Below are positions 25,798-38,515 of a stretch of DNA of 64,000 nt, one piece after another; the stretch's first letter is position 1, and each line of letters starts with the position of its first letter. This DNA is from Selaginella moellendorffii (Eukaryota; Plantae; Lycopodiophyta): the NCBI RefSeq assembly GCF_000143415.4, contig NW_003314442.1, positions 1 to 64,000 on the forward strand, read 5' to 3'. Below the pieces are notes generated by a model. The model made no database searches. It was not told where the DNA came from and worked only from the letters and a program-made list of their open reading frames with translations. Both the position numbers and the translations under genes were made by a program.

Positions 25798-27159
25798 TTA
25801 ATCTCCTCCGCCTCCGCTGCCTCCTCCCCCTTGATTTAGATACACCAGGCATTTGATGACTGCGTTCTCCAGGCGGAAGCCAGGCATGACAGTGAATCCC
25901 ACCGTGTGCAAGTCCCCGCCCCCGCCACCTTCGAGATCCACAACGCTCTCCATGAACTCGCTCTGGAAACTCGTGTCCTTCTTCACCTGGAAGATGCTGG
26001 CGGTGGGGTTGAAGGAGAAGGCGAGGCGATGGAGCAGCCACACGCTCTTGGCCAGCTCCAAGAACCTGTGATAAAACTGGCTGCTCGGGTGCTCGCCGCC
26101 CAGCACCTGGTTCCTGTGTTGCAGATGCCCGAAGAAGGACTCCTCCATCTTCTCGTGCACGATCTGGAGGTACTTCCGCAGGCAGAACTTGCCAAAGAGG
26201 CAGTCGGGCGTGGTGGAGACGAGCTCCAGCGGATCGATGGAGCGCATGTCCTGGAACTGCAAGAAGCAGTCGTGGCGGTGCTTGCCGGGGTCGAGGATGG
26301 ACGACAAGCTGCCGCTGAGATAAAAGTTTTCGTTCTCGAAGCCATTGAACATCCTCTGGCAGACGTAGGACTCGAATGCAAACCTGGTGTGGATTGGCCT
26401 GGCGTAGACGGCGCCCGGCTGGATCGAGTTTGCGGCGGCCTCCAGGTCCCAGTCGGCATTCTTGAGCAGTCCGATGAACATCTTTGCGAAGCTAAACGCC
26501 TCGCCGCGAGCAGCTTGAGCCATCTGCTCGAAGAGCGGGGGAGCAAGCGAGACGTTGCCGTTCATCATGCCCGCACCGCCGCCACCTCCACCACCTCGAG
26601 GGAGCTCGTTGAGCCGCCTCTCCAGCTTCTCCTTCTTGCTCGTCGCCCGCCTGAGCGACTCCTTGAGGCGCTCCATCTCCTCGTGCTGCTCCGCCAGCTC
26701 CTTCTCGCAAGCTTGCATGCGGCTGTCGTAGGAATCGATGATGGACTGCTTCTCCTTGAGGCCCGCCTGGAGCTCCTCCACAAGCTTGCGATCGTTGCTG
26801 TTGGCGGAGGCGGCGGCAGCTTGGTGGAGGAGGTAGTGACCCCCGCCGCCACCACCACCACCACCCCGGCTCCTCCCCTTGAGCATGTGTTTGATCTCCG
26901 AGAGCCTGCGCAGCTCGCCAATGACCAACCTGTCGGCGGAGCGCAGCTTATCCGCATTGTAGGGAGAGTGCGCCGACTGGAGCTGGATGTAGGCGTTCTT
27001 GAGCGCCGAGACAGTGCCGAAGATATCCACAATCACATTCTCCATCATCTGGACTCTCTGGTACAGCCTCTCCACCTCCTCGCCTTGCGCCTCCTCCGCC
27101 TCGTGGAAGCACTCCTCGGCGCCGCTGCCATTCCCATCCTCCTCGCTCCGTTGCGCCAT
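25798..27159 (-). CDS. DUF641-family protein (IRKI/GIL1-like), intronless
   Basis: VSALKNAYIQLQSAHSPY, a coiled coil, FAFESYVCQRMF.GFE, KYLQIVHEKMEESFFG, AKSVWLLHRLAFSF, GFTVMPGF...IKCLVYL. Confidence 0.9.
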   Translation of the reverse strand: MAQRSEEDGNGSGAEECFHEAEEAQGEEVERLYQRVQMMENVIVDIFGTVSALKNAYIQLQSAHSPYNADKLRSADRLVIGELRRLSEIKHMLKGRSRGGGGGGGGGHYLLHQAAAASANSNDRKLVEELQAGLKEKQSIIDSYDSRMQACEKELAEQHEEMERLKESLRRATSKKEKLERRLNELPRGGGGGGGAGMMNGNVSLAPPLFEQMAQAARGEAFSFAKMFIGLLKNADWDLEAAANSIQPGAVYARPIHTRFAFESYVCQRMFNGFENENFYLSGSLSSILDPGKHRHDCFLQFQDMRSIDPLELVSTTPDCLFGKFCLRKYLQIVHEKMEESFFGHLQHRNQVLGGEHPSSQFYHRFLELAKSVWLLHRLAFSFNPTASIFQVKKDTSFQSEFMESVVDLEGGGGGDLHTVGFTVMPGFRLENAVIKCLVYLNQGGGGSGGGGD

Positions 27160-27611
27160 GCCCTAGGTCTAGCCACAAATCCCGAGCTCGCGCTCACCTC
27201 GCTAGATCCACTCCGACTGCTACTCACTCACCCGCGGCCCATCAATTGGCGAGCAAGCAAGAATGATGGATCTGTCCATCATTCCTGGAGGGCAGAGGAA
27301 GCGATTGCGTGCGCCCTAGGCCTATGCGAGACGAGGAGGAGAGGATGAGAAGCAAGCAAGCCCCTTGTGCCATTATTCCACTCCCCTGCACGCACTTAGT
27401 ACTTACTACTCTTTCCTTTAAATTTTTTTTTTTTTTCTTTGCTCGTCTCGTCGCTCCCCTTCTACCTAAGAGGACAACGACAACAAACAGCGATGATATT
27501 ACTTTTACGAGCTTTTGTTTTCAGTGGAGGGGTCGCCCGCCTCCCCACCTTTGTTAGCTCGGTGATTCCAAAAGAGAGAAAGAAAGAAAGAAAGAAAGGA
27601 ACGCGCCTGGC

Positions 27612-30429
27612 CTACATTGTGAGCGCATTCTCCATGGAGCTCGCAAACGTGAGCAAAGGAGACGGGGAGTCGAATCCATGGCCGCCGCCGCCGCCGCCGC
27701 CGCCACCAAGCATCGGCGAACTCAAGCTCGACTCGGACGCGGTGGCCACGGCCTCGAGCATCTTGATCACGTCCACCGTGTCGTCCAGGTAGTAGCGGGC
27801 TTTGCTCGGCTTCTGCCCCACCGTGCATGCAAACACCTCCGCCGACGACGAGGAGATGGCGTGCCCCAGCTTCTCAAACATGTCCTCGTCCGACCGGTCG
27901 TCTCCGATGCACAGGACGAAGTCGGGTGACTTGCCCGTCTGTGCGAGCGACGATAGCAAGCGCTCCACCACCACGCCTTTGCTCACTCCCTGGAAGGAAA
28001 ACAGACAAAGCTCTTTACAACTCCGCCCAAACCCGTGAACAAGATAAGACTTTGCGTACCTGTGGCTTCACCTCCACGATAAACTGGCCGCTCTTGACGG
28101 ACACCGGATCATTGGCGAGGACGCTCTCCAGGTGATCCAGCAGCTCCTTGGCTTGCCACGATCCAAAGTCGGGGTCGGCGTCCCGGTGGTGCCACACGAG
28201 AGCGCTCTCCTTGGCCTCGATGTAGGATCCATCCGTGCTGTCCATGTACTGCCTCATCACCGGAAGTGCTACGTGCTTCCACTCGAAGTCGGGCACCGGC
28301 ACGCACGCCTGCCAATCCTCGTCTCTGGACCACCTGCGACAAGCAGCACTTGCTTTGAATATCTCGAAAGAGAGGAAAGCGAGAGAAAGTAAACGAACGT
28401 ACCTGTAGAAGTAGCCGTGCTCGGCCGCCAGCCCAAGCTTATCGCACTGGGAGAACCACTTATGGAGAATCTGTCTGTCACGTCCACTAACGATGAACAC
28501 CACGTTCTTGGGATTGCTACACAGCGTGTTGAGGATGGAGATGACCTCGGGGCTGGGAGTCTTGTTCACCGACGTCTGCGGCATCATGGTTCCATCGTAG
28601 TCGAGCAGGATCGCCCGGCAGGAGCTCCTCCTGTACACGGACACGAGGTGCTCGGTCATGAGCCTCCGGAAGTTTGGATCCAGCGCCACCACCCGGAAGC
28701 CCAGCCCGAACCCGATCCCGTAGGACCTCCTCCGCGAGTGATCCCGGCAAGCTCTCTCCAGGTCCGCCATGAAGCTCTGCGCCCAGTACGCAACGTCGTG
28801 CGAGCTCACGTACTTGAAGTGCTTCTCGTGCCTGGCGTGCTTCTCGGCCTCGGGCATGCTGACCGCCATTATCATCGCCTCGGCCACAGCCTCGATGTTC
28901 CAGGGGTTGACGCGGATGGCCCCGCTCAGCGACGGCGAGCAGCCGATGAACTCCGACACCACCAGCATGCTCTTCTTCTTGGGCTTGTCACTGTCCTCCA
29001 CTGTAATAACCCCGATGCGGCCAAGTCCATCATCGGCTTCGTGCTCGTCACCTTCTTCGCCCATGCCTTGTCGGCAGACGATATACTCGTAAGGGATGAG
29101 GTTCATGCCGTCGCGGACGGCCGTGACAATGCAGCACTCGGCGATGGTGTAGTAAGCGATCCGCTCGTACAGCGGCATGTCCCTCTCGATGAGAACCACC
29201 GGCTGGTAGCCTTCGCGGCCGTAGGCCTGGTTCACCCGCTTCGCCACCGCGTAAGCCTCGTGCTGGACCTCGAGAACGTCCTTGCCCCGCCCCCTGGCCG
29301 GGTTCCCAATCTGGACGAGCACCAACTTTCCTCTATACTCGGGGTGCTGGTTGAGCAGCTCCTCCATCGCCAGGAACTTGAGGCCGATCCCCTTGAATAT
29401 GTCCATGTCGTCCATGCCCAGCAGCACGATCTTCCCCGCAAACTGGACGCTGAGCTCCTCCACCCGGCCGTTGGTCTGCTGGAGCTTGAGCCCGGCCTCG
29501 AGCTGCGACATGTGGATGCCAACCGGCATGATCTTGATGCCCACCGTGCGGCCGTAGTACTCGAGGCCGATGTATCCCCTCCGCGACTCAAACTCGAGGC
29601 CCAGCATCCGGCTGCAGCACGAGAGGAAGTGGCGGGCGTAGTCGAAGGTGTGGAAGCCGATGAGGTCGGCGTTGAGGAGCGCCCGGAGGATCTGCTCGCG
29701 GACGGGCAGCGTGCGGTAGATCTCCGACGAGGGGAAGGGGCTGTGGAGGAAGAAGCCCAGCTTGATCCTGTTGAAGCGCTTGCGCAAAAAGGTTGGCAGC
29801 ACCATGAGGTGGTAGTCGTGCAGCCACACGAAATCCTCCTCGGGGCTGATCACCTCCATCACCTTGTCCGCAAAGATCTTGTTGGCGGAGACGTAGGCCT
29901 GCCACAGGAGGCGGTCGAAGCGGCCGCCGGGGTCCGTGGTGAGCGGCAGCATGTAGTGGAAGAGCGGCCATAGCTGCTGCTTGCAAAACCCGTGGTAGAA
30001 GCGGCCGTGGAGATCCGGCGGCAGGAAGGCGGGCACGCAGTTGAAATCGCGGAGGAGGATGGCGGCCACCTCGTCCTGCTCGCTCATGGGCACGTCCACG
30101 CGCAGGCAGCCGACGTACACCACCTCCAGCTCCTCGGGGAGCCCATCCTTGAGCTGCAACAGCAGCGAATCGTCATCCCACCTGAAATTCCAGAGGAGAT
30201 TGTCGGGGCGGCGCTCGCCGTGGAGGGGCAGCTGGTGGGCGACGATGATCACCCGGCTGCTGTGCGAGATGGAGGCCGCCTCGGACGCGCTGTCGTCCTC
30301 GATGATCCGGCTGTCGCTGCACAGCCCCGCCACCGTCATGACGCGCGGCAATCGTCGGCCCCGGGGCGACGCCGTGCCCTCTGCCGGGGACGATAGATCC
30401 AGCAAATTGGAGTAAGATCTGGACACCAT
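27612..30429 (-). CDS. Class II trehalose-6-phosphate synthase (TPS-TPP fusion)
   Basis: MVSRSYSNLLDL start, GFCKQQLWPLFHY, WLHDYHL, GFFLHSPFPSSEIYR, DGMNLIPYEY, HAD motif LDYDGT, GDDRSDEDMF. Two introns in the TPP half. Confidence 0.95.
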
Positions 30430-30849
30430 GGCTGCTATATGGCTGCCACAAACCTCACCCCTCGCCAAATATAGGTCTATCATATGCTCCTTCCTCTCAG
30501 TGCCATTGATAAGCTAAGCATATCCAGACATCAAATTCTTGCCTGATTGATTCGTCCGTCTCCTCCCCTTCGAATCGCTACCTCACCTTACGTAACGCAT
30601 TTGACACAAACAAAACATCTCCTCTAAGACTTGCGCTGTTCCAATGATTCCGCAATGTCTTTTCAGCTTCAACTCGTCCGTGGTTGTGGCGCTCGTCACT
30701 GTTAGTTTAGTCACCAGCAATGCTACGGTGGACTCGCGTTCGTGCTCAAAACAGCGTGCTCCTGCCAGGAAAAGATCAAGCACACGTCTGCCAGTTAATA
30801 GTTTACTCGACAGACAGGCAGACAGCAAACACAAAAGAAAGATTCATTC

Positions 30850-32489
30850 TCACCTCGAAGCCCCCGCTGCATCGGTTGCTCGCAACTGTCGAGACGACGA
30901 TAACGCTTTGTCAATTCGGACCTCGAACGGTGTAGAGTGCCAGGTGACCCGCTGATCCTGATGTCACGTCCACGACATGAGAAAGAGAAAAACGAGCAAC
31001 CAACGAGAAAATATCTACCTCTTTGTATTTCCGGGTGGTGTTTGGAATTCCCTGCCCGTCCCAGAGTTTGGGAGTTGCGTCCGCCTCCGCCTCCGCCTCG
31101 GCCGAACTTGTCTCGTCATCCCAGCGCGAAGTTGGTCTCAGCTGTGGAGTGATCTGCGTGGAGCCCCACTGCAGCTCCGAAAAGAAAGAGTAGTTCTCCG
31201 ATTCGATCTCCAGCTCGTTGGATCCACTGCTTGTTGTTGGTGATACTTTGTCTTCGTGAAAATCGTCTTCCTTTTCTTCCACCCGCTTGTTCTTGTGCCA
31301 TGCCTCTTCTTTCAGCTGTCGCCATTGCAGTACGTTTCCAACGGGTGTCAGCACGGAAGTTTGGTGATCCTGGCGCTTCTCCGCCTCCATCGGGGTTTTG
31401 CATGCAAATATATTTTCCTTGTCCTTGGATCCATCACTCCGAGCTTCGACTGTTTTCCTCTCCACAACGGGTGACATGCACCGAACGGGTGTTATTTCCA
31501 CGTCGCTGCCTTCGCTCCTGAGCCCCTCAAGCACTTCACTGGAGGACGGAGCCTCTGCCTGCGATCTTCTGCTGCAGTCGGAATTGATGCTCACGTTTGC
31601 CTGTGAAGGAACGTTTCCTTCCTCTTCGGAAGAGATGCTGGACTCTGCTTCGGCAACTGGTGAAAGTGGCTCTTGCCACATGAATGACCGGTGTGCAAAG
31701 CTTCTCTTCTTGGGAAGCATGAAGAATCCGGCCGTTTTCGGAAGACAGACGAGCGAAACCTGTTCCGGCACTGGCTTCGGGTTTGGTTCTGCCGTGCCTG
31801 CGGCCAGTGCAGCCTGTGTGTTTTTGTCCTTCATCCCTTCTGGCACTGTCCCCGCTTCGACATTGTTTGACGGAGGCGGAAGGCTAACAAACCACAAAAG
31901 TTAAAATGAATGAATGGAGAGCTCGAAAAACTTGCAAACCTTGCGGAAGTTGATACTGGTGAATCCTCCGGCGACGAATCCCATCTTGGTGCCTCCAGAG
32001 GAGCTTTAGAGACCTTTAGAGGTTCATGTGGAGTTTCTAAGGATATGACGCACGACCGAAACTGAGAGACCTGTGTGTTAAGCTCGCAGGAAGAAAATGA
32101 GGGGGATGTACCTCTTCCTTCAAAAACTTGGCTTGATCAGCTTCCAGCACACTCTGCAAGGGGCGATCTCTGATACGCAAGTGTTGGAGTCCATTGCTGT
32201 CCACACTGAGGCATTCACCTGAGAAGACACCGCCATTAAGCTACCAGAAACATAAAAAAGCTCACCACTTCTCAGCCAGGGATTTCCTCCAGCAGCAGTA
32301 GCAAACGAGGGCGTGAGCTGTGACGACTGGGCATGCTGCTGCTACAAACGTGAGCACATTGAAGAGGAAAAGGGCAGAAAGGGGAGAACTTACTGTGGAT
32401 TTATGGCCGCGACTAGTCCGTGAGCAGAGCCTTGGCAATCTTTCCTTCCTCCCTCCGCCGCATCCAAAGCATCCAAACAGCCAGCCCAT
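30850..32489 (-). CDS. JASON-like protein
   Basis: N-terminal MGWLFGCFGC and C-terminal WDGQGIPNTTRKYKE|DQRVTWHSTPFEVRIDKAL, the JASON family motif. The 3' end coordinate is approximate. Confidence 0.8.
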
Positions 32490-32622
32490 GGCGCTGATCC
32501 AGGCGCTAGGAGAAAACCCACATCTCAATCTCAGCCAAGCGAGAGCGCAGTTTGAAAAGAGCCGTTGCGGGGGAAAAAGAATTCCAGGAAGAAAGTGACC
32601 TAGCTTATGCTCTAGGGCACGG

Positions 32623-34607
32623 ATGAGGAGGACATTCCCCACAGCCCTAGGAGGAGGTAGAGCGTCCCCGCCGCGGCCCATCGCCAGGGCTCCCCATTTC
32701 CAGCGTTCATGCCACCGCCAGCAGCAGGAATGCTGCACCATGGAGGCGGCGGAGATTGCGAGTGTGATCAAGTATCACGAGGCGACCAAGCATTCTCTAA
32801 CAAGGTATGCTCGCGGCCCGCGTGGCCTGGATTGGATCAACCAGCCCGATCCATTTAGGCGCTACCAGGGAGCTCAATTGGCGCCCCTGGATCATCTCCC
32901 GCCGGACGAACAAGGAAAAGAGGACACTCCTCTTTCGTATCCCAGTGTCTTCAAGCTCGCGGTTGCTCCAAGGCCTGTTACCAAGCGGACGCTCTCGCAG
33001 CTGCTTTACGATTCTCTGGCGCTCTCCGCGTGGAAATCAGCAGGGGGATCGACATGGTCGCTCCGTGTGAATCCCAGCAGTGGAAATCTCCACCCCACCG
33101 AAGGATATATTATCAGTGGTCCGGTTACTGGCGTGTGTGACTCGCCATTCATTGCTCACTACGCGCCCAAGGAGCACGCATTGGAGATTCGAGCACAGAT
33201 GCCTCCGTCAACTTGGAAGGAGCTCTCCATGGATTTCCCGCCGGGTTCTTTTTTCGTCGGCCTGTCCTCCATCTTCTGGAGAGAAGCTTGGAAGTATGGG
33301 GAGAGAGCATTCAGGTACTGCAACCACGACGTCGGGCATGCTATAGGAACCGTGGCCATTGCGGCGGCAACACTTGGCTGGAAGACGAAGCTTGTCGACT
33401 CGTGGAGTTCCAGCGACTTGCGACTTTTGTTGGGATTGCCTCGAGATGACGCGTCGGCCTCGGACAGCAGTGATGTTGCCAAAGGACACTTTCCGGAGCT
33501 AGAGAACGAGCATGGAGACTGCGTCATGCTTTTGTTTCCGAGCGACAAGGCAGTTCCCTCCAACTGGTCTCCGTCTACAGAGCTCGTCTGTCAGCTTTCC
33601 AAACTGGCTTGGAATGGCAAGCCCAACTCGCTGAGCCGAGAACACGTTCGCTGGGAAATCATTTATCGGGCAGCACAGGCAGCCAAGAAGCCAGCGCTCG
33701 CAGAGTCGTTGTCAACTGGCTGCATGGAGGCGAGCCGCGAGCAGACAAGCCGAGAAACTTGCTTTCGACAGTTTGCTTCGTCATACGGCCGGGCTACTAT
33801 CCGTCATGTTGTCCGGACGCGCAGGAGTGCAGTCAGCATGGATGGTCAATACGGCATGCAGAGAGACGCTTTCTACCAGATTTTACTCAAAACAATGCCC
33901 TGTCTAGGGACGCATAAGCAGCTACCATTCTCATCGCTTCCTTGGGAAGCAGAGGTGAGCATGGCGTTGTTTGTTCACAGAGTTGCCGAGATGAAGCAGG
34001 GCCTTTACTTACTCGTCAGAAATCCGTTGCACGAAGAAGATTATAGAGCGGACTTGAGGCAAGATTTTGTGTGGGAAAAACCAGCAGGATGCCCGTCAGA
34101 GCTTCCACTTTATCTTCTTGCGAGAGGAGACTGTCGGAGCATTGCCGAGCGACTGTCTTGCCACCAGGTGAGATTTATTTATTTTATTCTCTTTCTTTCT
34201 TTTCTCTTTTTTACTGATGAATATGTTGGCTTTTAGGATATTGCGGGCGATGGATGCTTCAGCCTCGGAATGGTGGCAAGATTTGAGGATTCTCTCAAAG
34301 AGCATGGTGCTTGGATGTATCCGCGGCTCTTTTGGGAAGCTGGCTTGCTTGGTCAGTTGCTCTATCTTGAAGCGCACGCAGTTGGCATATCCGCGACTGG
34401 TATTGGATGCTACTTCGATGATTCTGGTATGTGACATGCTTTGGTTCATCTTACTGAGAATCTCTCTCACAAACAGTGCATCAAGTACTCGGCATCAAGG
34501 ACAGAAAATTCCAGAGTCTCTACCATTTTACGATTGGAGTGCCCGTTTTGGATACGCGCATTTCGAGCCTGCCTGCATACCCATCCACGAAATCGAAGAC
34601 GAACTAG
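32623..34607 (+). CDS. Nitroreductase-family (SagB/ThcOx-type dehydrogenase) protein
   Basis: YHEATKHS..RYARGP.GLDW.NQP.PFRRY, LRVNPSSGNLHPTE, REAWKYGERAFRYC.HDVGHA, RRSA, YPRLFWE.G..GQLLYLEA, ATGIGCYFDD. Two introns near the 3' end. Confidence 0.9.
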
Positions 34608-34743
34608 CGGATAAAGTCAGTAGGTATATATAAAAGCTCATTCATCATAAACGTGATATCCGGACTTGTGTGGTCAGCTACAACGTGGATCATGTGGGAG
34701 AAACAGTGGAAAAGAAAGGAGAGCTTCTAGTGGGTTATAGGCG

Positions 34744-37700
34744 ATGGAGGCGATGGAGGCCTGTGTCCGGGGAAGCCTCTGGGGGTGTCAAGCAGGAGCT
34801 AGCTCCGCGTTGAGGCGCCAAATAAGGCTCAAGCTCGTAGTACGCAATTGCAGTTCACAGCGATCTGTCTGGTGGAAAGCTGGAGCGGCGCTGTTGCTGA
34901 AGTCTGCAAGTGCATCAGCCTGCGCTCGCCACAAGCAGGTTCCAGTACTGGGATGCATCTCCAGCAGCCTGGCGACTGGTGCAGGAGGGGGCTGCAATTT
35001 CAACAGTGGTGGAGGCCAAGGACCAGGAGGAGGAGGTGGAGGCGGAGATGGGTTTCAGACGTCGGCTGTGCCAGCACAGTCAGTGAGTGGCGAAGCTGAC
35101 GATTCGAGTGCTGCTCAACCAGTAATTATTCTCGACGTTGGGGTATGTCACACATAGGAGCTTTTGTTTATCAGTTTATTTGGCTTGCAACAGGGAATGT
35201 CGTGTGGTGGGTGCGCAGCGTCCGTAAAGAGGATCCTTGAGTCCCAGGTCTCGGCTTCGATGAGTGTATGCATGCAATGACTATGAATTTTCCAGGTTCA
35301 AGTAGCTTCTGCTACTGTCAATCTTGCCACAGAAACCGCAGTTATTCACGTCAAACAGGATTCTCCTGCAGCATCTAATCGGGAGATTGCGGAACATCTT
35401 GCAAATCACCTGACTACTTGCGGATTTAAATCATCAGTACGAGGTGAGGTGTCTTCCCTTTGCAGCACAATAGACTAGGAAGGAATCCATCCTTGCCTGA
35501 TTTGTTTTTCTGCATGGTTGCAGAAGTTCCTCTGTAAAGCAGTGGAGATTTTGCTTTCAATAAACTATATCTTTGTGAACATGATTCAACTGGAATAGAC
35601 TGAGATGTTTCATTGGGCTTTGGTCATGCAGAACAAGGGTCCCAAAGTCGTCTTCAAGCAGCTTACAAAAGAAAAGAGGAACGTAAAGTTCGTTTGAAAG
35701 ACTCTGGTATGCATAGTGTTTTGTAAATGCATGTCATGGATTAACTTGACTGAGCAGGGCGGAGATTGGCAGCAGCCTGGACGCTATTTTCTCTGAGTCT
35801 CGTTGGCCACGCAAGTCACTTCGGTCTCAAATATTTTCCTCCATGGCTACATTTTTTCCACTCAGTGAGCTTTCAGATGTCTCTTTGCGTTTTCTCGCTA
35901 GTAGGACCTGGCCGCAGCCTTCTCTTGGACGGATGGAAAAGCTTTCGTCGAAGGAGTCCCAATATGAACACCCTGGTGGGCTTAGGAGCTCTTTCATCTT
36001 TTGCAGTCAGTGTCATCGCGGCACTATATCCAAAGCTGGTAGAGTTCGATCCTTACATTGAGAAGGCTTAAGCGTTTGTTTCACAGGGTTGGAGTTCGTT
36101 TTTCGAAGAGCCCGTAATGCTTTTAGCTTTCGTGTTGCTCGGCAGAGCAGTGGAAGAAAGAGCAAAAGTGAAGGCAAGCAGTGATATGGAAAGCCTACTT
36201 GGACTTCTTCCCAAAAATGCTCGGCTTGTTATGGGGAAAAGCTTAGACGAAGTTCCATCGACAGTGGACGTTCCATGTGATAGCATTGTACTGGGAGACC
36301 GGGTTATGGTCTTACCTGGGGTATGTTAAGTATAGCTATCATTCTTCGGTTCATTTAATTTTATTGTTCTCAGGACATTATCCCAGTGGATGGCATTGTG
36401 AAAGAAGGCAGAAGCACTGTGGATGAATCCAGTCTTACTGGTGAACCTCTTCCGATTTTGAAGAAATCTGGTGTAAGTTACGACTTTTGTGGCCTTGTTG
36501 CTCAACTTAATGCAATGCAGGATGAAGTAAATGCTGGAACAGTGAACCACAATGGTGTGATCCTGGTTGAAGCAGTGCGGTCTGGTGATGAAACCGTTGT
36601 TGGGGATATTGTGAGGATGGTAGAGAACGCTCAATTAAGAGAAGCACCAATACAGAGGTTGGCTGACAAGGTGTGTGGACGCAAACGTCACTGTTTAGCG
36701 CGCTGACTGTTTTTCTTTGTAGGTTTCAGGCAAGTTTTGTTATGCAGTAATGGCCTTATCTGTCGCCACTCTCGGATTTTGGAGCGTTTTGGGACCAAAG
36801 CTGTTTCCTTCCGTCATCCCGACTGGTGGTGGACTTCTTCTCGGCCTACAGCTTGCTTGTAATGTGCTTGTGAGTATATATTTCACTGATTGTTTGGCAC
36901 TGCTCAACTTCTTACCGGTTCTCCAGGTGATTGCCTGTCCTTGCGCTCTTGGACTTGCCACACCAACCGCTGTTCTGGTACTTAAAACTTTGTTCGTCAT
37001 TGTAAGACTTGTATTTGCACTTATCTAGGTGGGCACGTCACTGGGAGCACGAAATGGTTTACTAGTTCGAGGTGGAGACATTCTAGAAAAAGCATCCGCT
37101 GTTGATGCGGTTGTGTTCGACAAGACTGGCACACTTACACTGGGGAGGCCTGTTGTGGTTGACGTGGTGTTAAATAAGTATTACTATCGAGTTAGAAGAT
37201 ACTACACTTACTAACTATTTCTTTCAGGTACTGGAGTAAAGAAGAAGTTCTAAAGTTTGCTCATGGAGTGGAACGTACAGCAAGCCATCCTCTCGCAAAA
37301 GCCATTGTTCAGGAAGCAGAAAACGTAGGATCTACGGGCGCATTGGTGAGAACTATGTTCTCTGTGAGCAGAAATGTTCTGATCTGTTATTCTCTAGGTG
37401 CAAGATGGATCTTTCGAGCAAGAACCTGGGAGTGGGGCAACAGCTGTTGTGGATGGAAAGAGAGTAACTGTCGGCACCTTAGATTGGGTCCAAAGGTTTC
37501 TCTTATATCTATCTACTTGTGGCAATATCTATTAATTTTGATATGTTGTAGGTTCGGAACGGTTGGAGAGCCCCCGCGACTTCTGGGAAATCCGGAAGGA
37601 AGAACAGTTGTTTTTGTCGGGGTGGACAACTCCATTGCTGCTGCTATCACTTTGGTCGACGAAATCAGGGACGACGCCGCGGAGACTGTGAGAGCTCTGC

Positions 37701-38442
37701 AGAGGTTGGGAGTATCGACGTATATGCTGTCGGGTGACAAACGTGAAGTTGCCGAGCTCGTGTCAAGGAATGTGGGAATTGATAGAAACAAGGTATGAAC
37801 CTACTCATCTGAATCGATTTTTGACTGCTGCTGCTAGGTGTTTTCTGGAGTGAGGCCTCACGGAAAAGCTGAGCTTATTGTTCAGCTTCAAAAGGAGAAG
37901 AAGACCGTGGCCATGGTTGGAGATGGTATCAACGACGCGGCAGCACTTGCACAGGCCGATGTGGGAATAGCCATGGCAACGGGTATAGGAGCTGCAAGCG
38001 AGGTGGCGTCCATTGTTCTCATGCGAGACAAACTGCTTCAAGTAAGAAGATGGATTCTGATTTTCTTATCGTTCTCAAAATCTGGTTCCAGGTGGTGGAT
38101 GCTCTCGAATTAAGCCGAAGAATCCAGAGAAAGATAAAGCAGAACTTATGCTGGGCATTCATGTACAACATAGTTAAGTGGCTATTTTGGTTCTTCTTTT
38201 TGTTAAAACTTTCCAGTGCTGTTTGTTGACAGATTGGTTTGCCAATAGCTGCGGGGGCTCTTGTTCCAGCCACCAGAGTGATGCTCACGCCGTCACTGGC
38301 GGGTGCTCTCATGGGATTGAGCTCGCTGGGAGTGGTGACTAATTCGCTCCTGCTTCACTGGGAATACTTTGTTCACGTGGACAAGCATCGCAGTAAAGCA
38401 CCACTCGGAGCGAGCGATAGCATTGCCATTGTTACTTCATGA
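34744..38442 (+). CDS. PAA1: Chloroplast P1B-1 copper-transporting ATPase PAA1/HMA6
   Basis: Transit peptide with Gly-rich stretch, HMA motif [39 protein letters not shown] and MGLSS. Confidence 0.9.
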
Positions 38443-38515
38443 TTCGTTCAACTTTCACATTCTTCACGAACTCAGTGAGTTTTGAGGAAGAAAAACTGCG
38501 ATTCTTTACTCATCG

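Noticed and set aside
25906-29973. Long plus-strand ORFs (480 aa and 518 aa) opposite DUF641 and TPS
   Set aside because: Antisense shadows of high-GC3 coding sequence; no independent protein motifs.
30430-30834. Upstream in-frame ATG / uORF for TPS
   Set aside because: The conserved class II start is MVSRSYSNLL. The upstream region has unresolved possible introns and no recognisable conserved peptide.
32623-34607. SagB-type dehydrogenase as part of a RiPP cluster or recent bacterial transfer
   Set aside because: It has spliceosomal introns, the family is known across plants, and no YcaO or precursor gene is nearby.
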